From Candidatus Eiseniibacteriota bacterium (GTDB lineage: Bacteria; Eisenbacteria; RBG-16-71-46; CAVPCR01), in contig CAWGMA010000001.1 in assembly GCA_963823555.1 (NCBI GenBank), forward strand, positions 896,001 to 960,000: a stretch of 64,000 nt of DNA. The letters are read 5' to 3'. Shown one piece after another: positions 41,154-50,743 of the stretch; positions within the stretch are counted from its first letter, which is position 1, and each line of letters starts with the position of its first letter. The notes under the pieces were generated by a model. It searched no databases and was not told where the DNA came from. It worked only from the letters and a program-made list of their open reading frames with translations. The translations under genes were made by a program, and so were the position numbers.

Positions 41154-42192
41154 GACGGAGCGTTCGGAGAAGTCCCCGGCCGCTCCGAGCGCGGGCTATT
41201 CCCTCGAGGCTCTGCGTTCTCTCCCGCCCCATGCCGTAGCAGAGGCGGTGGCCCGGCTCGAAGCGGGTGCGGTCGCCGAACTCGCCGGCCGCTTCGGCCC
41301 GGCGTTCGATCGAACGGTCGATCTTCTGGCTGCTCTCGAGGGACGTCTCATCGTCTCCGGAGCTGGCAAGTCGGGCCTCCTTGGGCAACGCATCGCCGCC
41401 ACTCTCACCGCCACCGGGACGCAGGCTGCCTTCCTCCATCCGGCGGACGCCATCCACGGGGATCTGGGGCTCGTGCGTGCTCAAGACGCCGTGCTCCTGA
41501 TCTCGAAGAGCGGGGAGACCGAAGAGCTCGATCGATTGCTGCCGGCCTTCCGCCGCCTCGGGGTTCCGGTCCTCTTGCTCACCGGCAACCCCGACTCGAC
41601 GCTCGCGCGTGCGGTGGATCTGGTCCTCGACCACGGGCGCCCGCGCGAGGCCTGCCCCCATGGTCTGGCGCCGACCTCCTCGATCACAGCCGCCGGCGTC
41701 GTCGGCGACGCGCTCGCGGTGGCTCTCATGCTGCGCCGCGGGACCTCGCTCGGTGACCTCGCGCTCCTCCATCCTGGAGGGCTGATCGGGCGCACGGCAA
41801 CGATGCCCGTCCGATCGCTCATGCATCAGGGCGATCAGCTGCCGCGGATCCCGGCCACGGCCAGCCTGCGCGAAGCGCTCGGCGAGATCGTGTCGAAGCG
41901 CCTCGGAATGACGACCGTGGTCGATGGTGATGGACGGCTCATCGGGGTGCTCGCGGACGGGGATCTCAAACGCATCTTGCTTCGCCATGCCGATCCGCTC
42001 GACCTCGCGGTGCATGAGGTGATGAGCCGCGAGCCGCGCACCATCGGACGTGACGTCCTGGTGGCCGAAGCCGTGCGCCTGATGGAGGAGAATGAGCCCG
42101 GTCCCATCACGTCGCTCGTCGTGGTCGGACCAGGTGGCGCTCCGATCGGCGTGCTTCACCTCCATGACTGCCTGCGCCCCGCCCGCAGCTAG
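41146..42192 (+). CDS. kdsD: Arabinose-5-phosphate isomerase (SIS + CBS pair)
   Basis: GAGKSG, HPADAIHGDLG, SKSGET, APTSS, HPGG, DGDLKR. Confidence 0.94.
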   Translation: MAETERSEKSPAAPSAGYSLEALRSLPPHAVAEAVARLEAGAVAELAGRFGPAFDRTVDLLAALEGRLIVSGAGKSGLLGQRIAATLTATGTQAAFLHPADAIHGDLGLVRAQDAVLLISKSGETEELDRLLPAFRRLGVPVLLLTGNPDSTLARAVDLVLDHGRPREACPHGLAPTSSITAAGVVGDALAVALMLRRGTSLGDLALLHPGGLIGRTATMPVRSLMHQGDQLPRIPATASLREALGEIVSKRLGMTTVVDGDGRLIGVLADGDLKRILLRHADPLDLAVHEVMSREPRTIGRDVLVAEAVRLMEENEPGPITSLVVVGPGGAPIGVLHLHDCLRPARS

Positions 42193-42251
42193 GGACCCCG
42201 CCACCTTCACCGTCTCCGGCCGAGCAGCCCACCTGGGTGGGAGTTACCACC

Positions 42252-42268
42252 TTGGCATATTAGTTGCT
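42252..42268 (+). promoter_or_regulatory. sigma54 (-24/-12) promoter
   Basis: TTGGCATATTAGTTGCT: GG at 42254-55 and GC at 42266-67 with exactly 10 nt between; AT-rich intergenic context. Confidence 0.7.
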
Positions 42269-42299
42269 TGAAATGCCGGTCACCCTTCAGATACGCTCC

Positions 42300-44057
42300 A
42301 TGATGCCGATGAAGATCAAGGGAAGACTTGGCGCTCAGCCTCGGCCGGAGCGGGTGAGGATTGGACGCCGCATTCGGCACGCAGCGGGCTATCAGGCCAT
42401 TCGCGCGCTTGCATGGGTGTGTGCGTTCGCGCCCCTGCGCGTGGCGCACGCGATGTTCTCCGGGTTGGGGTACGTGAGCTGGGCTGCTTTCGCGCGGGAG
42501 CGGCGCTTGATCGACAGGCATGTGCGGCAGGCGGCGCCCGGGCTCGACACGAGAGCGGCTGGACGTTTCGGGCAGAGGGTGTTCGTGGAGTCAGCGGGTA
42601 ACGTGGCCGATGGGCTGCGTTTCCTCCGGCGGCCTCCGCGAGAGCTGCTGAGTCTGATCGAGATCGAGGGGGAGGAGCATCTTCGCGCCGCGCTCGGCGA
42701 AGGTAGGGGGGTGGTGGCGGTGACCGGGCACATCGGGGCCTGGGAACTCCTTGGCGGCTACTACGTGCAGCGGGGGATACCCGTCAAGGTCATCGCGCGG
42801 CCCCTCAAGAACCCGCGCTTCGAGAAGCTCATCAGCAGGCTGAGGCAAAGGCTCGGAGTCGGCGTCGTGCATGAGAGCGGTGATCTGCGGCCGGCCTTCC
42901 GGGCACTTCGCCGCAATGAGGTGCTCGGCATCCTCATCGATCAAGGTCGTCGCTGGCCTGGCGCCTGGGTGCCCTTCTTCGGTCGGCCCGCCCACATGAC
43001 GACGGCAGCCGCCGAGTTCGCGCGACGGACCAGAGCCCCGCTGGTGCCCATGGGCATCCAGCGGAAGGGAATGGGGCATCGGATCACCGTGTTGCCGCCG
43101 ATCGAGATCGACTGGGAGCGCCCCGGCGCGGTGGTCGCGGCGACGGCGGCGCTGGCGAGAAGCCTGGAGTCCTTGATCTGGCGCTGCCCGGCCCAGTGGT
43201 CCTGGAGCTACGACCTGTGGTCTGTTCCCGCGTCCGGGAACGAAGCGGGGTCTGGGAACGGAAAGGTCGGCAGCGGTTCAGGTCCGGGCGATCTCGCGGT
43301 CGACGATCCTCCCGCTGAGAAGGAGGCACCGGATCGGTATGCGGCCAAGAGGCCGTTCGCGCCATCGGGGCGGACCCCGGTCGCCCATCGCTGGCTCCTG
43401 ATCCTCGTCGCCGCTCTAGTGGCCTTCACCGGAGCATGTCGGCCCGGAGATGATCGCACCGACTTGCCACCCGAGCGCCCCCCGTCGGTCGGGGAGCCGA
43501 TCCCGAGCCAGGAACTGAGCCAGTTCGTCCTCCGCGAGACCGACGAGTCGGGACGCGTGGCCTGGATCTTCCGGGCGGAACAGGCCCGGATCTTCGAGGC
43601 TCGCGATGAAGTCGAGGCCGAGAAGATCCACATTGACTTCTTCGATCCGGAGGGGCAGGTGGCATCCGTCCTGGTGGCCGATCGCGCCGTGATCGAGCGC
43701 CGCACGAACGATATGCAGGCCTCGGGCCATGTGGTCGTGCGCAACAGCGATGGCGATCAACTATTCACCGAGGAGCTCCACTACTCCGGCGATCGCGAGA
43801 AGATCTATACGGACGAGTTCGTCCGCGTGCTGCGCGGTCGGGACGAACTCACCGGCTACGGTCTCGAGACCGACCCCGATCTCAGGGGCGGCGAGCTCGA
43901 GATCCAGCGCGACTTTCGCGCGACGATGCGCGACGAGTCGGTCCCCCCGATCGGGCCCGATCTCGGCGCGGCGAGCGGCGCCCACCGCTCCGCGAGGGAC
44001 GAAACGGCGGATCAGCCGGCCGTCGACGAGGACGAGAGCGATGCCGGAACCCCTTGA
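42300..44057 (+). CDS. LpxL-family acyltransferase followed in frame by LptC (apparent fusion)
   Basis: N-terminal [22 protein letters not shown] linker; hydrophobic segment ending FTGAC; LptC-like [33 protein letters not shown]. Confidence 0.75.
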   Translation: MMPMKIKGRLGAQPRPERVRIGRRIRHAAGYQAIRALAWVCAFAPLRVAHAMFSGLGYVSWAAFARERRLIDRHVRQAAPGLDTRAAGRFGQRVFVESAGNVADGLRFLRRPPRELLSLIEIEGEEHLRAALGEGRGVVAVTGHIGAWELLGGYYVQRGIPVKVIARPLKNPRFEKLISRLRQRLGVGVVHESGDLRPAFRALRRNEVLGILIDQGRRWPGAWVPFFGRPAHMTTAAAEFARRTRAPLVPMGIQRKGMGHRITVLPPIEIDWERPGAVVAATAALARSLESLIWRCPAQWSWSYDLWSVPASGNEAGSGNGKVGSGSGPGDLAVDDPPAEKEAPDRYAAKRPFAPSGRTPVAHRWLLILVAALVAFTGACRPGDDRTDLPPERPPSVGEPIPSQELSQFVLRETDESGRVAWIFRAEQARIFEARDEVEAEKIHIDFFDPEGQVASVLVADRAVIERRTNDMQASGHVVVRNSDGDQLFTEELHYSGDREKIYTDEFVRVLRGRDELTGYGLETDPDLRGGELEIQRDFRATMRDESVPPIGPDLGAASGAHRSARDETADQPAVDEDESDAGTP

Positions 44058-44814
44058 AGTCCCGACACCGGTTCGCGTCTCCGATGATGATCGGCCGCTC
44101 CTGTGCGCCACCGATCTGGTCAAGTACTATGGGAAGTGGCGGGTGGTCAGCGGCGTCAGTCTCGATGTCCGCGGTGGCGAGGTGGTCGGATTGCTCGGGC
44201 CCAACGGGGCCGGAAAGACCACGACCTTCTACATGATCGTCGGACTCCACCGCGCCCATTCCGGGCGGATCACCCTCGACGACGTGGATGTCACCCGGCT
44301 GCCGATGTACCTGCGGGCCCGGCTGGGAATCGGTTATCTCCCGCAGGAGTCATCCATCTTCCGCCGTTTGACCGTGCGAGAGAACATCATGGGCATTCTC
44401 GAGACCTTGCGCATCGATGCCGCCGAGCGGAAGCGACGCTACGCTCAGGTCACCGAGGAGCTCAAGATCGCTCACCTCGGGAAGCGACATGGTTACAACC
44501 TGTCAGGGGGTGAGCGCCGCCGCGTGGAGATCGCGCGCTCGCTCACCACGCGCCCGCGTTTCATGCTCCTGGACGAGCCCTTTGTCGGTATCGACCCCAT
44601 TGCCGTCGCCGACCTGCAGGAAGTGATCGGGGATCTGCGCCGGCGGGGGATCGGGGTGCTCATCACGGACCACAACGTTCGCGAAACGTTGTCCACGACC
44701 GACCGCGCCTACATCATGTACGAAGGCAAGATCATCATCTCCGGCACCGCGCAGGAACTGGCTCAAGACGCGCGGGCTCGCGAGATCTACCTGGGCGAGA
44801 AGTTCAGACTCTGA
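44041..44814 (+). CDS. lptB: LPS export ABC ATPase
   Basis: [53 protein letters not shown]. Confidence 0.97.
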   Translation: MPEPLEVPTPVRVSDDDRPLLCATDLVKYYGKWRVVSGVSLDVRGGEVVGLLGPNGAGKTTTFYMIVGLHRAHSGRITLDDVDVTRLPMYLRARLGIGYLPQESSIFRRLTVRENIMGILETLRIDAAERKRRYAQVTEELKIAHLGKRHGYNLSGGERRRVEIARSLTTRPRFMLLDEPFVGIDPIAVADLQEVIGDLRRRGIGVLITDHNVRETLSTTDRAYIMYEGKIIISGTAQELAQDARAREIYLGEKFRL

Positions 44815-44827
44815 GGCGTCGACCGCG

Positions 44828-46270
44828 ATGGAAATGAAACACGGGCTGCAGTTGCAGCAAAGGCTGAAGCTGGTGATGACGCAGCGCTTGCAGCAGGCGC
44901 TCAAGCTGCTGCAGGTGCCGACTCTCGAGCTGCAGCAGATCCTGGAGCAGGAGCTGCAGCAGAATCCGCTGCTCGAGGAAGTGGCGGAATATGACGAGAG
45001 TGAGGCGGACAACCAGGAGCCGGAAACGGTCGAGACTCCGGATACGGATCCCGATCCGGAGTCCGAGATCTCGGCCAAGGCCGAAGCCGAGAAGAGCCTC
45101 GCCGAATGGGAGGAGTACTGGCAGGGGGATTCGGACGGGCACTACAGCCGCGGCGAGGTCCAGAGCGCGGAGGACTTCTACGACAAGGTGCCGGTAACCC
45201 AGGTCACGCTGGCCGATCACCTGACGACCCAGTATCGCCTGGCCACCTCGGACCCTGAACTCGTCCGCATCGGCGAGTACCTGATCGGCAACATCGATGA
45301 TCGCGGGTTCCTCATGGTCAGCGACCAGGAAGTCGTCGATGCGCTCACCGCCGATCCCCTCCATGTGGCGTCCGCGGTGGAGCTCCTGCGCAGTCTCGAC
45401 CCGCCCGGTGTCGGCGCGCGTGATCTGCGTGAGTGTCTCTTGATCCAGCTCCGGGCCCGAAACCTCGATGACACGCTGGCCTATCAGGTTGTCGACAGGG
45501 AGTTCGACAACCTCAAGGAGCGCCGTTATCACGAGATCGCGCGGGCGCTGCGGATCACGGTCGAGCAGGTGCAGGAAGCCGCCGATGTCATCGCCACGCT
45601 CAATCCACGCCCCGGAAACGAGATTGCAGCTGACGAGGTCAAGTACGTCATCCCCGATCTCGTCGTCGACCGCGTGGACGACGACTATGTCGTCTACCTC
45701 AATGATCGCAATGTGCCGCGGTTGCGCGTGTCGAACGCCTATCGGGAACTCCTCACCCATCGCCGGAAGGGTGACGAAACCCAGGAGTACATCCTCGGCA
45801 AGCTCAACTCGGCCAAGTGGTTGATCCAGACCATCGAGCAGCGGCGGCGAACCATGGTCAAGGTGATGAACTGCATCGTGGAGCAGCAGCGTGCCTTCTT
45901 CGACAAGGGCATCAGCCAGCTGCGGCCGCTCACGTTGCAGCAGGTGGCCAGTCAGATCGGCATGCACGAGTCGACTGTGAGTCGGGTCACCACCGGGAAG
46001 TACGTGCAGACGCCGCGCGGGGTCTTCGAGCTCAAGTACTTCTTCTCGAGCGGTCTCGAGACCGTTAGCGGAGAGGACATGTCGGCGAAGACGGCGCGCG
46101 ACATCATCCAGCATCTCATCGATGGAGAGGAGAAGCGGGAGCCGCTGTCCGACCAGCGGATCGCCGACATCCTGCATTCGCGCGGGCTGCGAATCGCCCG
46201 CCGCACCGTGGCCAAGTATCGTGAGCAGATGGGCATCTTGCCCGCCCGCTATCGGAAGCGCCATTCATGA
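44828..46270 (+). CDS. rpoN: RNA polymerase sigma-54 factor
   Basis: Q/L-rich region I, DPPGVGAR, HESTVSR, RpoN box ARRTVAKYR. Confidence 0.98.
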   Translation: MEMKHGLQLQQRLKLVMTQRLQQALKLLQVPTLELQQILEQELQQNPLLEEVAEYDESEADNQEPETVETPDTDPDPESEISAKAEAEKSLAEWEEYWQGDSDGHYSRGEVQSAEDFYDKVPVTQVTLADHLTTQYRLATSDPELVRIGEYLIGNIDDRGFLMVSDQEVVDALTADPLHVASAVELLRSLDPPGVGARDLRECLLIQLRARNLDDTLAYQVVDREFDNLKERRYHEIARALRITVEQVQEAADVIATLNPRPGNEIAADEVKYVIPDLVVDRVDDDYVVYLNDRNVPRLRVSNAYRELLTHRRKGDETQEYILGKLNSAKWLIQTIEQRRRTMVKVMNCIVEQQRAFFDKGISQLRPLTLQQVASQIGMHESTVSRVTTGKYVQTPRGVFELKYFFSSGLETVSGEDMSAKTARDIIQHLIDGEEKREPLSDQRIADILHSRGLRIARRTVAKYREQMGILPARYRKRHS

Positions 46271-46347
46271 CCGCCTCGGCGCGGCGAACCCGCCCGCCGG
46301 CGCGGTGCCGGACCGGGGGCTCGTGACCAGCAGGAGGACGTTGGGAG

Positions 46348-46863
46348 ATGGAAGTCCACTTCACCGGCAGGCATTACGAGATCGCTCCGGAATTGCGCGA
46401 GTACATCACGCGCAAGCTCGAGAAGCTCGTGCTGTTCCAGAACGGGATCCGCGAAGCACGCGTCACCCTGTCCGCCGAGAACTACCGGCTCATCGCCGAG
46501 GTCGGGCTGCAGGCCCGGCGCCGGTTGTTCACCAGCCGCGAGGAATCGGCGGACATGTACCTCTCGGTCGATCAGGTGATCGAGAAGCTGGCTGAGCAGC
46601 TGAAGCGCTACAAGGAGAAGAGGATCTCGCGCGGCCGCCGCAACCCGCGGCAGCCGGCGCTCGACGCGGGCCCGGCCCTCCCGGTCATCAGCTTGCGCGA
46701 CACCATGGAGCAACCCGAGCCGCTCTCGGTCGATGAGGCCCTGAACGCCCTCGACGAGGAGGGGGGCGAGGTCCTGGTCTTCGAGAACACCGCCAACAAG
46801 CGCACCACGGTCATCTATCGACGAGAGGATGGTAGCTACGGCCTGATCGAGCCGACCGACTAG
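46348..46863 (+). CDS. hpf: Ribosome hibernation promoting factor (long HPF)
   Basis: MEV.FTGRH, DMY.S.D....KL..QL.RYKEK; C-terminal SVDEA...VIYRREDG.YGLIEP domain. Confidence 0.92.
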   Translation: MEVHFTGRHYEIAPELREYITRKLEKLVLFQNGIREARVTLSAENYRLIAEVGLQARRRLFTSREESADMYLSVDQVIEKLAEQLKRYKEKRISRGRRNPRQPALDAGPALPVISLRDTMEQPEPLSVDEALNALDEEGGEVLVFENTANKRTTVIYRREDGSYGLIEPTD

Positions 46864-46870
46864 GTGAACC

Positions 46871-47839
46871 ATGGAGCGCCTGACTGTCGAGCAATTCTAC
46901 CGAGACAAGCACGAGGATCTCGAGCTCGAGGTCCTCACCGATTCGGTCGAGTCGCGGACCCACATCACCGTGGCCGACATCAGCCGGCCAGGTCTCCTGC
47001 TCTCCGGGTTCGAGGAGAACTTCCTGTTCGAGCGCATCCAGATCCTCGGGCAAACGGAGATCTGGTACTTGTCGACGCTTTCCGACGGGGAGCGGGATGC
47101 CGCCATCGGTCGCCTGTTCCAGTACCCCATTCCGTGCATCATCGTCTCCAAGTCGCTGGACATCCCGCCGCGCATCCTGGAGCTCGGCAACGCCCAGCAG
47201 GTGCCCATTCTGCGCACCGCGAAATCGACGACACCGTTCATCCACCAGCTCACGGCCTACCTGGATGTCATCTTCGCTCCTCAGACCACCGTGCACGGAT
47301 CGTTGGTCGACGTCTATGGGGTCGGGCTCCTGTTCACAGGGCGGAGCGCGATCGGCAAGTCGGAGTGTGCTCTCGATCTCGTCGAGCGCGGGCACCGGCT
47401 GGTGGCCGACGATGTGGTCACGGTGACTCGCCGACACGATGACATCCTCATTGGCTCTGGGAACGACATTTTACGCCATCACATGGAAATCCGCGGTCTG
47501 GGCATCATCGATGTCCAGGCCATCTTCGGTATCCGTGCCATCCGCGTGCAGAAGCGGATCGAGGTTGAAGTCAATCTCAAGGAGTGGGACGCCGAGGAGG
47601 ACTACGAGCGCGTGGGCATCGACGAGCTCCAGACGACGATGCTCGGGGTCCGGATCCCTCTCGTCACCATTCCGATCTTCCCCGGCAAGAACATCACGGT
47701 GATCGCCGAGGCCGTCGCCCTGAACTACCTGGTCAAGGTGTATGCGCATCATCCGGCCAAGGCCTTCAATGAGCGCTTGACCAGGCACCTGAAGGCCAAT
47801 CCGATGATCCACCCGCCTTTTCTGGATGACCGGGAGTGA
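46871..47839 (+). CDS. hprK: HPr kinase/phosphorylase
   Basis: RPGL.L.G, HGSLVDVYGVG, GRSAIGKSE, LVADD, MEIRGLGIIDV. Confidence 0.96.
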   Translation: MERLTVEQFYRDKHEDLELEVLTDSVESRTHITVADISRPGLLLSGFEENFLFERIQILGQTEIWYLSTLSDGERDAAIGRLFQYPIPCIIVSKSLDIPPRILELGNAQQVPILRTAKSTTPFIHQLTAYLDVIFAPQTTVHGSLVDVYGVGLLFTGRSAIGKSECALDLVERGHRLVADDVVTVTRRHDDILIGSGNDILRHHMEIRGLGIIDVQAIFGIRAIRVQKRIEVEVNLKEWDAEEDYERVGIDELQTTMLGVRIPLVTIPIFPGKNITVIAEAVALNYLVKVYAHHPAKAFNERLTRHLKANPMIHPPFLDDRE

Positions 47840-48324
47840 ACGGCGACGCGACCAGGACCGGTCCGGAGCCGGCGCCGGCCCGTGGCCTCATCCTCACCCA
47901 CGGCACGCTGGGGGCGGAGATGCTGGCCACCGCGGCCCTCATCGTCGGCCATTCGGAAGGCCTTACCGCGATGTCGAACCGCGGGCTCGGTGCTGCCGAG
48001 ATCGCGGCCGAAGTCGAGTCCTTCCATGCGCAGGACCCGGCGACGCCGCTCATCGTCTTCGTCGACCTCCTCGGCGGAAGCTGTGCCCAGGGTTGCGCCG
48101 CTCTGCTCGCCGGGAGTCACGTCCGGCTCGTGACCGGCGTCAACCTGCCGATGGTCATCGCCTTCCTCCAGGCCCGCGATCAGAAGCTCGGTCTCGATGG
48201 TCTGGTCGCTGCGATCCTCATGCGGGCGCACCGTGGGATCGCCTGTTTTCCCGCGCCCCCGCCGGGGAGCACGGGAGCAGGAGAGCCTCCAGCCCCGAGT
48301 TCGCCGTCTGAGGTGCGCGCGTGA
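47836..48324 (+). CDS. PTS mannose-family EIIA
   Basis: LILTHG, FVDLLGGS, VTGVNLPM. Confidence 0.88.
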   Translation: MNGDATRTGPEPAPARGLILTHGTLGAEMLATAALIVGHSEGLTAMSNRGLGAAEIAAEVESFHAQDPATPLIVFVDLLGGSCAQGCAALLAGSHVRLVTGVNLPMVIAFLQARDQKLGLDGLVAAILMRAHRGIACFPAPPPGSTGAGEPPAPSSPSEVRA

Positions 48325-48827
48325 GCCTCGTCGGCTTCCGCATCGATGACCGGCTCCTGCACGGTCAGGTCGTCGAGAACTGGATCGAAGCGCTGCGCCC
48401 CGGTCTCATTGTCGTCGCCAACGATCGCGCCGCTGCCGATGCTTTCACCCAGGAGCTCTATGCGGCCGCATTGCCGCCCGGGGTACGTCTCATCGTCGCT
48501 CCACTCCCCGCGGCATGGGCGGCGGCTCGTGAGTTCGGGGGGCGGGTCTTCATGATCGCTGCCACCCCGGCCGATGCGCTGGCGCTCGTCGAGCTGGGAC
48601 TCGATACGGACACCATCACGATCGGCGGGCTCCATCACGCGAGCGGCAAGGAGCGGGTTCTGGACTACGTCTATCTCGACGGAACGGACCGCGATCACCT
48701 GCGCCGGCTCAGCGGCCGCGGCATGGTCCTTGTGGCTCAGGACGTACCGAAGCGGCGGGCGATCGATCTGGCGCCGCTCCTCGACGCCGACACCCCTCCA
48801 TCTCCAACCGCCCCATCTTCGCCATGA
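48321..48827 (+). CDS. PTS mannose-family EIIB
   Basis: RIDDRLLHGQV, Q.VP. Confidence 0.9.
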   Translation: MSLVGFRIDDRLLHGQVVENWIEALRPGLIVVANDRAAADAFTQELYAAALPPGVRLIVAPLPAAWAAAREFGGRVFMIAATPADALALVELGLDTDTITIGGLHHASGKERVLDYVYLDGTDRDHLRRLSGRGMVLVAQDVPKRRAIDLAPLLDADTPPSPTAPSSP

Positions 48828-49528
48828 TGGACGCCGTGGCATCGCTGCTCGGCAGTCAGAGCGTGCTGGTCCTGTTGGGCGCGATCGTGGCTCTGGACCA
48901 GGTCGCGGTGGCCCAGCTCCAGCTCGCGCATCCCCTGGTGGCAGGCACGCTGGCCGGAGCCATCGGCGGCGAGCCGCTCGCGGGGGCCCTGGTGGGGGCA
49001 CTCATGGGGCTCATCCTTGCCGGGCATCGTCCAGTGGGAGGAGTGGTGCCGCCGGACAGTGGGGTGGCCTCGGTCATCGCCGCGGGGAGCTTCGCTCGCT
49101 CGATCTGGGCAGGGAGCGACGTCTCCGCGGCGCGACTCGGCTCGAGCCTCGCCCTCGCCATCCTGCTAGGACTCATCCTGGCCGATCTCGGCCGCCATGG
49201 TGAGGCCTGGACCCGCCGCCGGAACCTCAGGTTCCTCCAGGCTGCAGAGGCCGAAGGGACGCCAGGGGCCGTGAGCCGGGCCGTGGGGTCCGCACTCTCG
49301 CTGGCAGCCCTCCGCGGCGCGCTCACTGTGGCCGTGGCGCTACCGCTCGTCACTCTGTGGTTGAACCGGGCCCCGGTCCGGGGGCCTGGGGTGGTGGTCG
49401 TCGTGGCCCTCGTGGCGGGGATTGGCCTGGCGGCTGGCGAGAGGCTCCTCGGCACGCGTCGCCGTCGGGGCGTCCTCTTGGCCGCTGTCTCGGCCGCCGT
49501 GGCCTACGTACTCGGGGGGCTGCCGTGA
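48824..49528 (+). CDS. PTS mannose-family EIIC
   Basis: LD....Q.....PLVAG...G, PVGG.VPPD; hydrophobic; lies between IIB and IID. Confidence 0.8.
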   Translation: MMDAVASLLGSQSVLVLLGAIVALDQVAVAQLQLAHPLVAGTLAGAIGGEPLAGALVGALMGLILAGHRPVGGVVPPDSGVASVIAAGSFARSIWAGSDVSAARLGSSLALAILLGLILADLGRHGEAWTRRRNLRFLQAAEAEGTPGAVSRAVGSALSLAALRGALTVAVALPLVTLWLNRAPVRGPGVVVVVALVAGIGLAAGERLLGTRRRRGVLLAAVSAAVAYVLGGLP

Positions 49529-50364
49529 GTCGGATCCAGCTGTTCCTCCGTGGCCTCTTGTTCCAGACAGGATGGAATCGGGAGCGCATGCAGGGCCTCG
49601 GTTTCGCCTTCGCCCTCTTGCCTCAGGTCCAGCGCCGGGACCGGAAGGCTCAGGCGGAGTTCGTGCGCCGTCACCTCGCCTATGTGAACACCAATCCGGC
49701 CCTGTCCGGGGTGCTCCTCGGAGCGGTGGAAACCGCGGAGGAGAGGGCCTGGCTCGCAGGCGACAGCTCGGACGAGGTGACTGCCCGGGTGACAGGGCTC
49801 AAACGCCGCCTCGAAGGCGGCCTGGCCGCCCTGGGAGACCGTACCTTCTGGGGCTGGCTCCGGCCTCTCCTCGGGGTCCTGGGAGCCCTCCTTCTCTTCT
49901 GGCCCGGTCATGGCGGCTCCGCCGTGGCACGATTCATGGCTCAGCCGACCCCGAAATCGCCTCTCGCTGGGGGAGAATGGTGGGCTTGGGCTTCCGTTCT
50001 GGCCGCCCTGGCCTTCTATAATGGACCCCACCTCGTGACCCGGTGGCGCGCCGTCGGTCACGGCCTGGCCTTCAGCCGGGGCGAGGACCGTGACCGCGCG
50101 CGCGCGGCGCGCGGTTTCGGGCTGGTCCGCATCGCCGACTTCTGCGAAAGCTTGGGGCCGCTTCTCCTGGGGGCGCTTGCCGGTCGCATCGGCGCCGAGG
50201 TGGTGGGTCAGGCTGCCACGACCTCGGCCGGCGGCGGCGCGGGCGCCGCGCTCCTGGTGGCGGGCGTTTCCTTGGGATTGGGGGCTGCGCGCTTTCGGAT
50301 TCCCCCGGAGCGCGTCGGCATCATCGTGCTGGGCTTCCTGCTGGTGGCCGGCAGCTGGCGCTGA
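49525..50364 (+). CDS. PTS mannose-family EIID
   Basis: WNRERMQGLGF, RHL.Y.NT.P, LAALGDR.FW..LRP, YN. Confidence 0.85.
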   Translation: MSRIQLFLRGLLFQTGWNRERMQGLGFAFALLPQVQRRDRKAQAEFVRRHLAYVNTNPALSGVLLGAVETAEERAWLAGDSSDEVTARVTGLKRRLEGGLAALGDRTFWGWLRPLLGVLGALLLFWPGHGGSAVARFMAQPTPKSPLAGGEWWAWASVLAALAFYNGPHLVTRWRAVGHGLAFSRGEDRDRARAARGFGLVRIADFCESLGPLLLGALAGRIGAEVVGQAATTSAGGGAGAALLVAGVSLGLGAARFRIPPERVGIIVLGFLLVAGSWR

Positions 50365-50416
50365 GAGGACGGAGGATGGCCTGGCCGGATGGCGAACAGG
50401 GGACAAGGAACTCGAC

Positions 50417-50683
50417 ATGCCCACTAGGCGGGTGATCATTCAGAACCGGCTCGGACTGCATGCGCGTCCGGCGGCGCTTCTGGTCAAGGAGGCGGCGCGT
50501 TTCCGGTCGGATGTATTCCTGGCCAAGAATGGGCTCGAGGTGAATGGCAAGAGCATCATGGGTGTCATGATGCTGGCGGCCGAGCTGGGGTCGGAGGTCG
50601 ATATCCGCGCCGAAGGCCAGGATGCCGAAGCGGCGCTGACAGCGCTCCAGGCGCTCATCGATTCCCGCTTCGGCGAGGACTAG
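50417..50683 (+). CDS. ptsH: Phosphocarrier protein HPr
   Basis: NRLGLHARPAA (His15), GKSIMGVMML (Ser46). Confidence 0.96.
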   Translation: MPTRRVIIQNRLGLHARPAALLVKEAARFRSDVFLAKNGLEVNGKSIMGVMMLAAELGSEVDIRAEGQDAEAALTALQALIDSRFGED

Positions 50684-50743
50684 TTGCATGCACCGACCGT
50701 GTACACAGCGGATCGCCGCGGCGACAGAAGACAGGTCCAGGAC

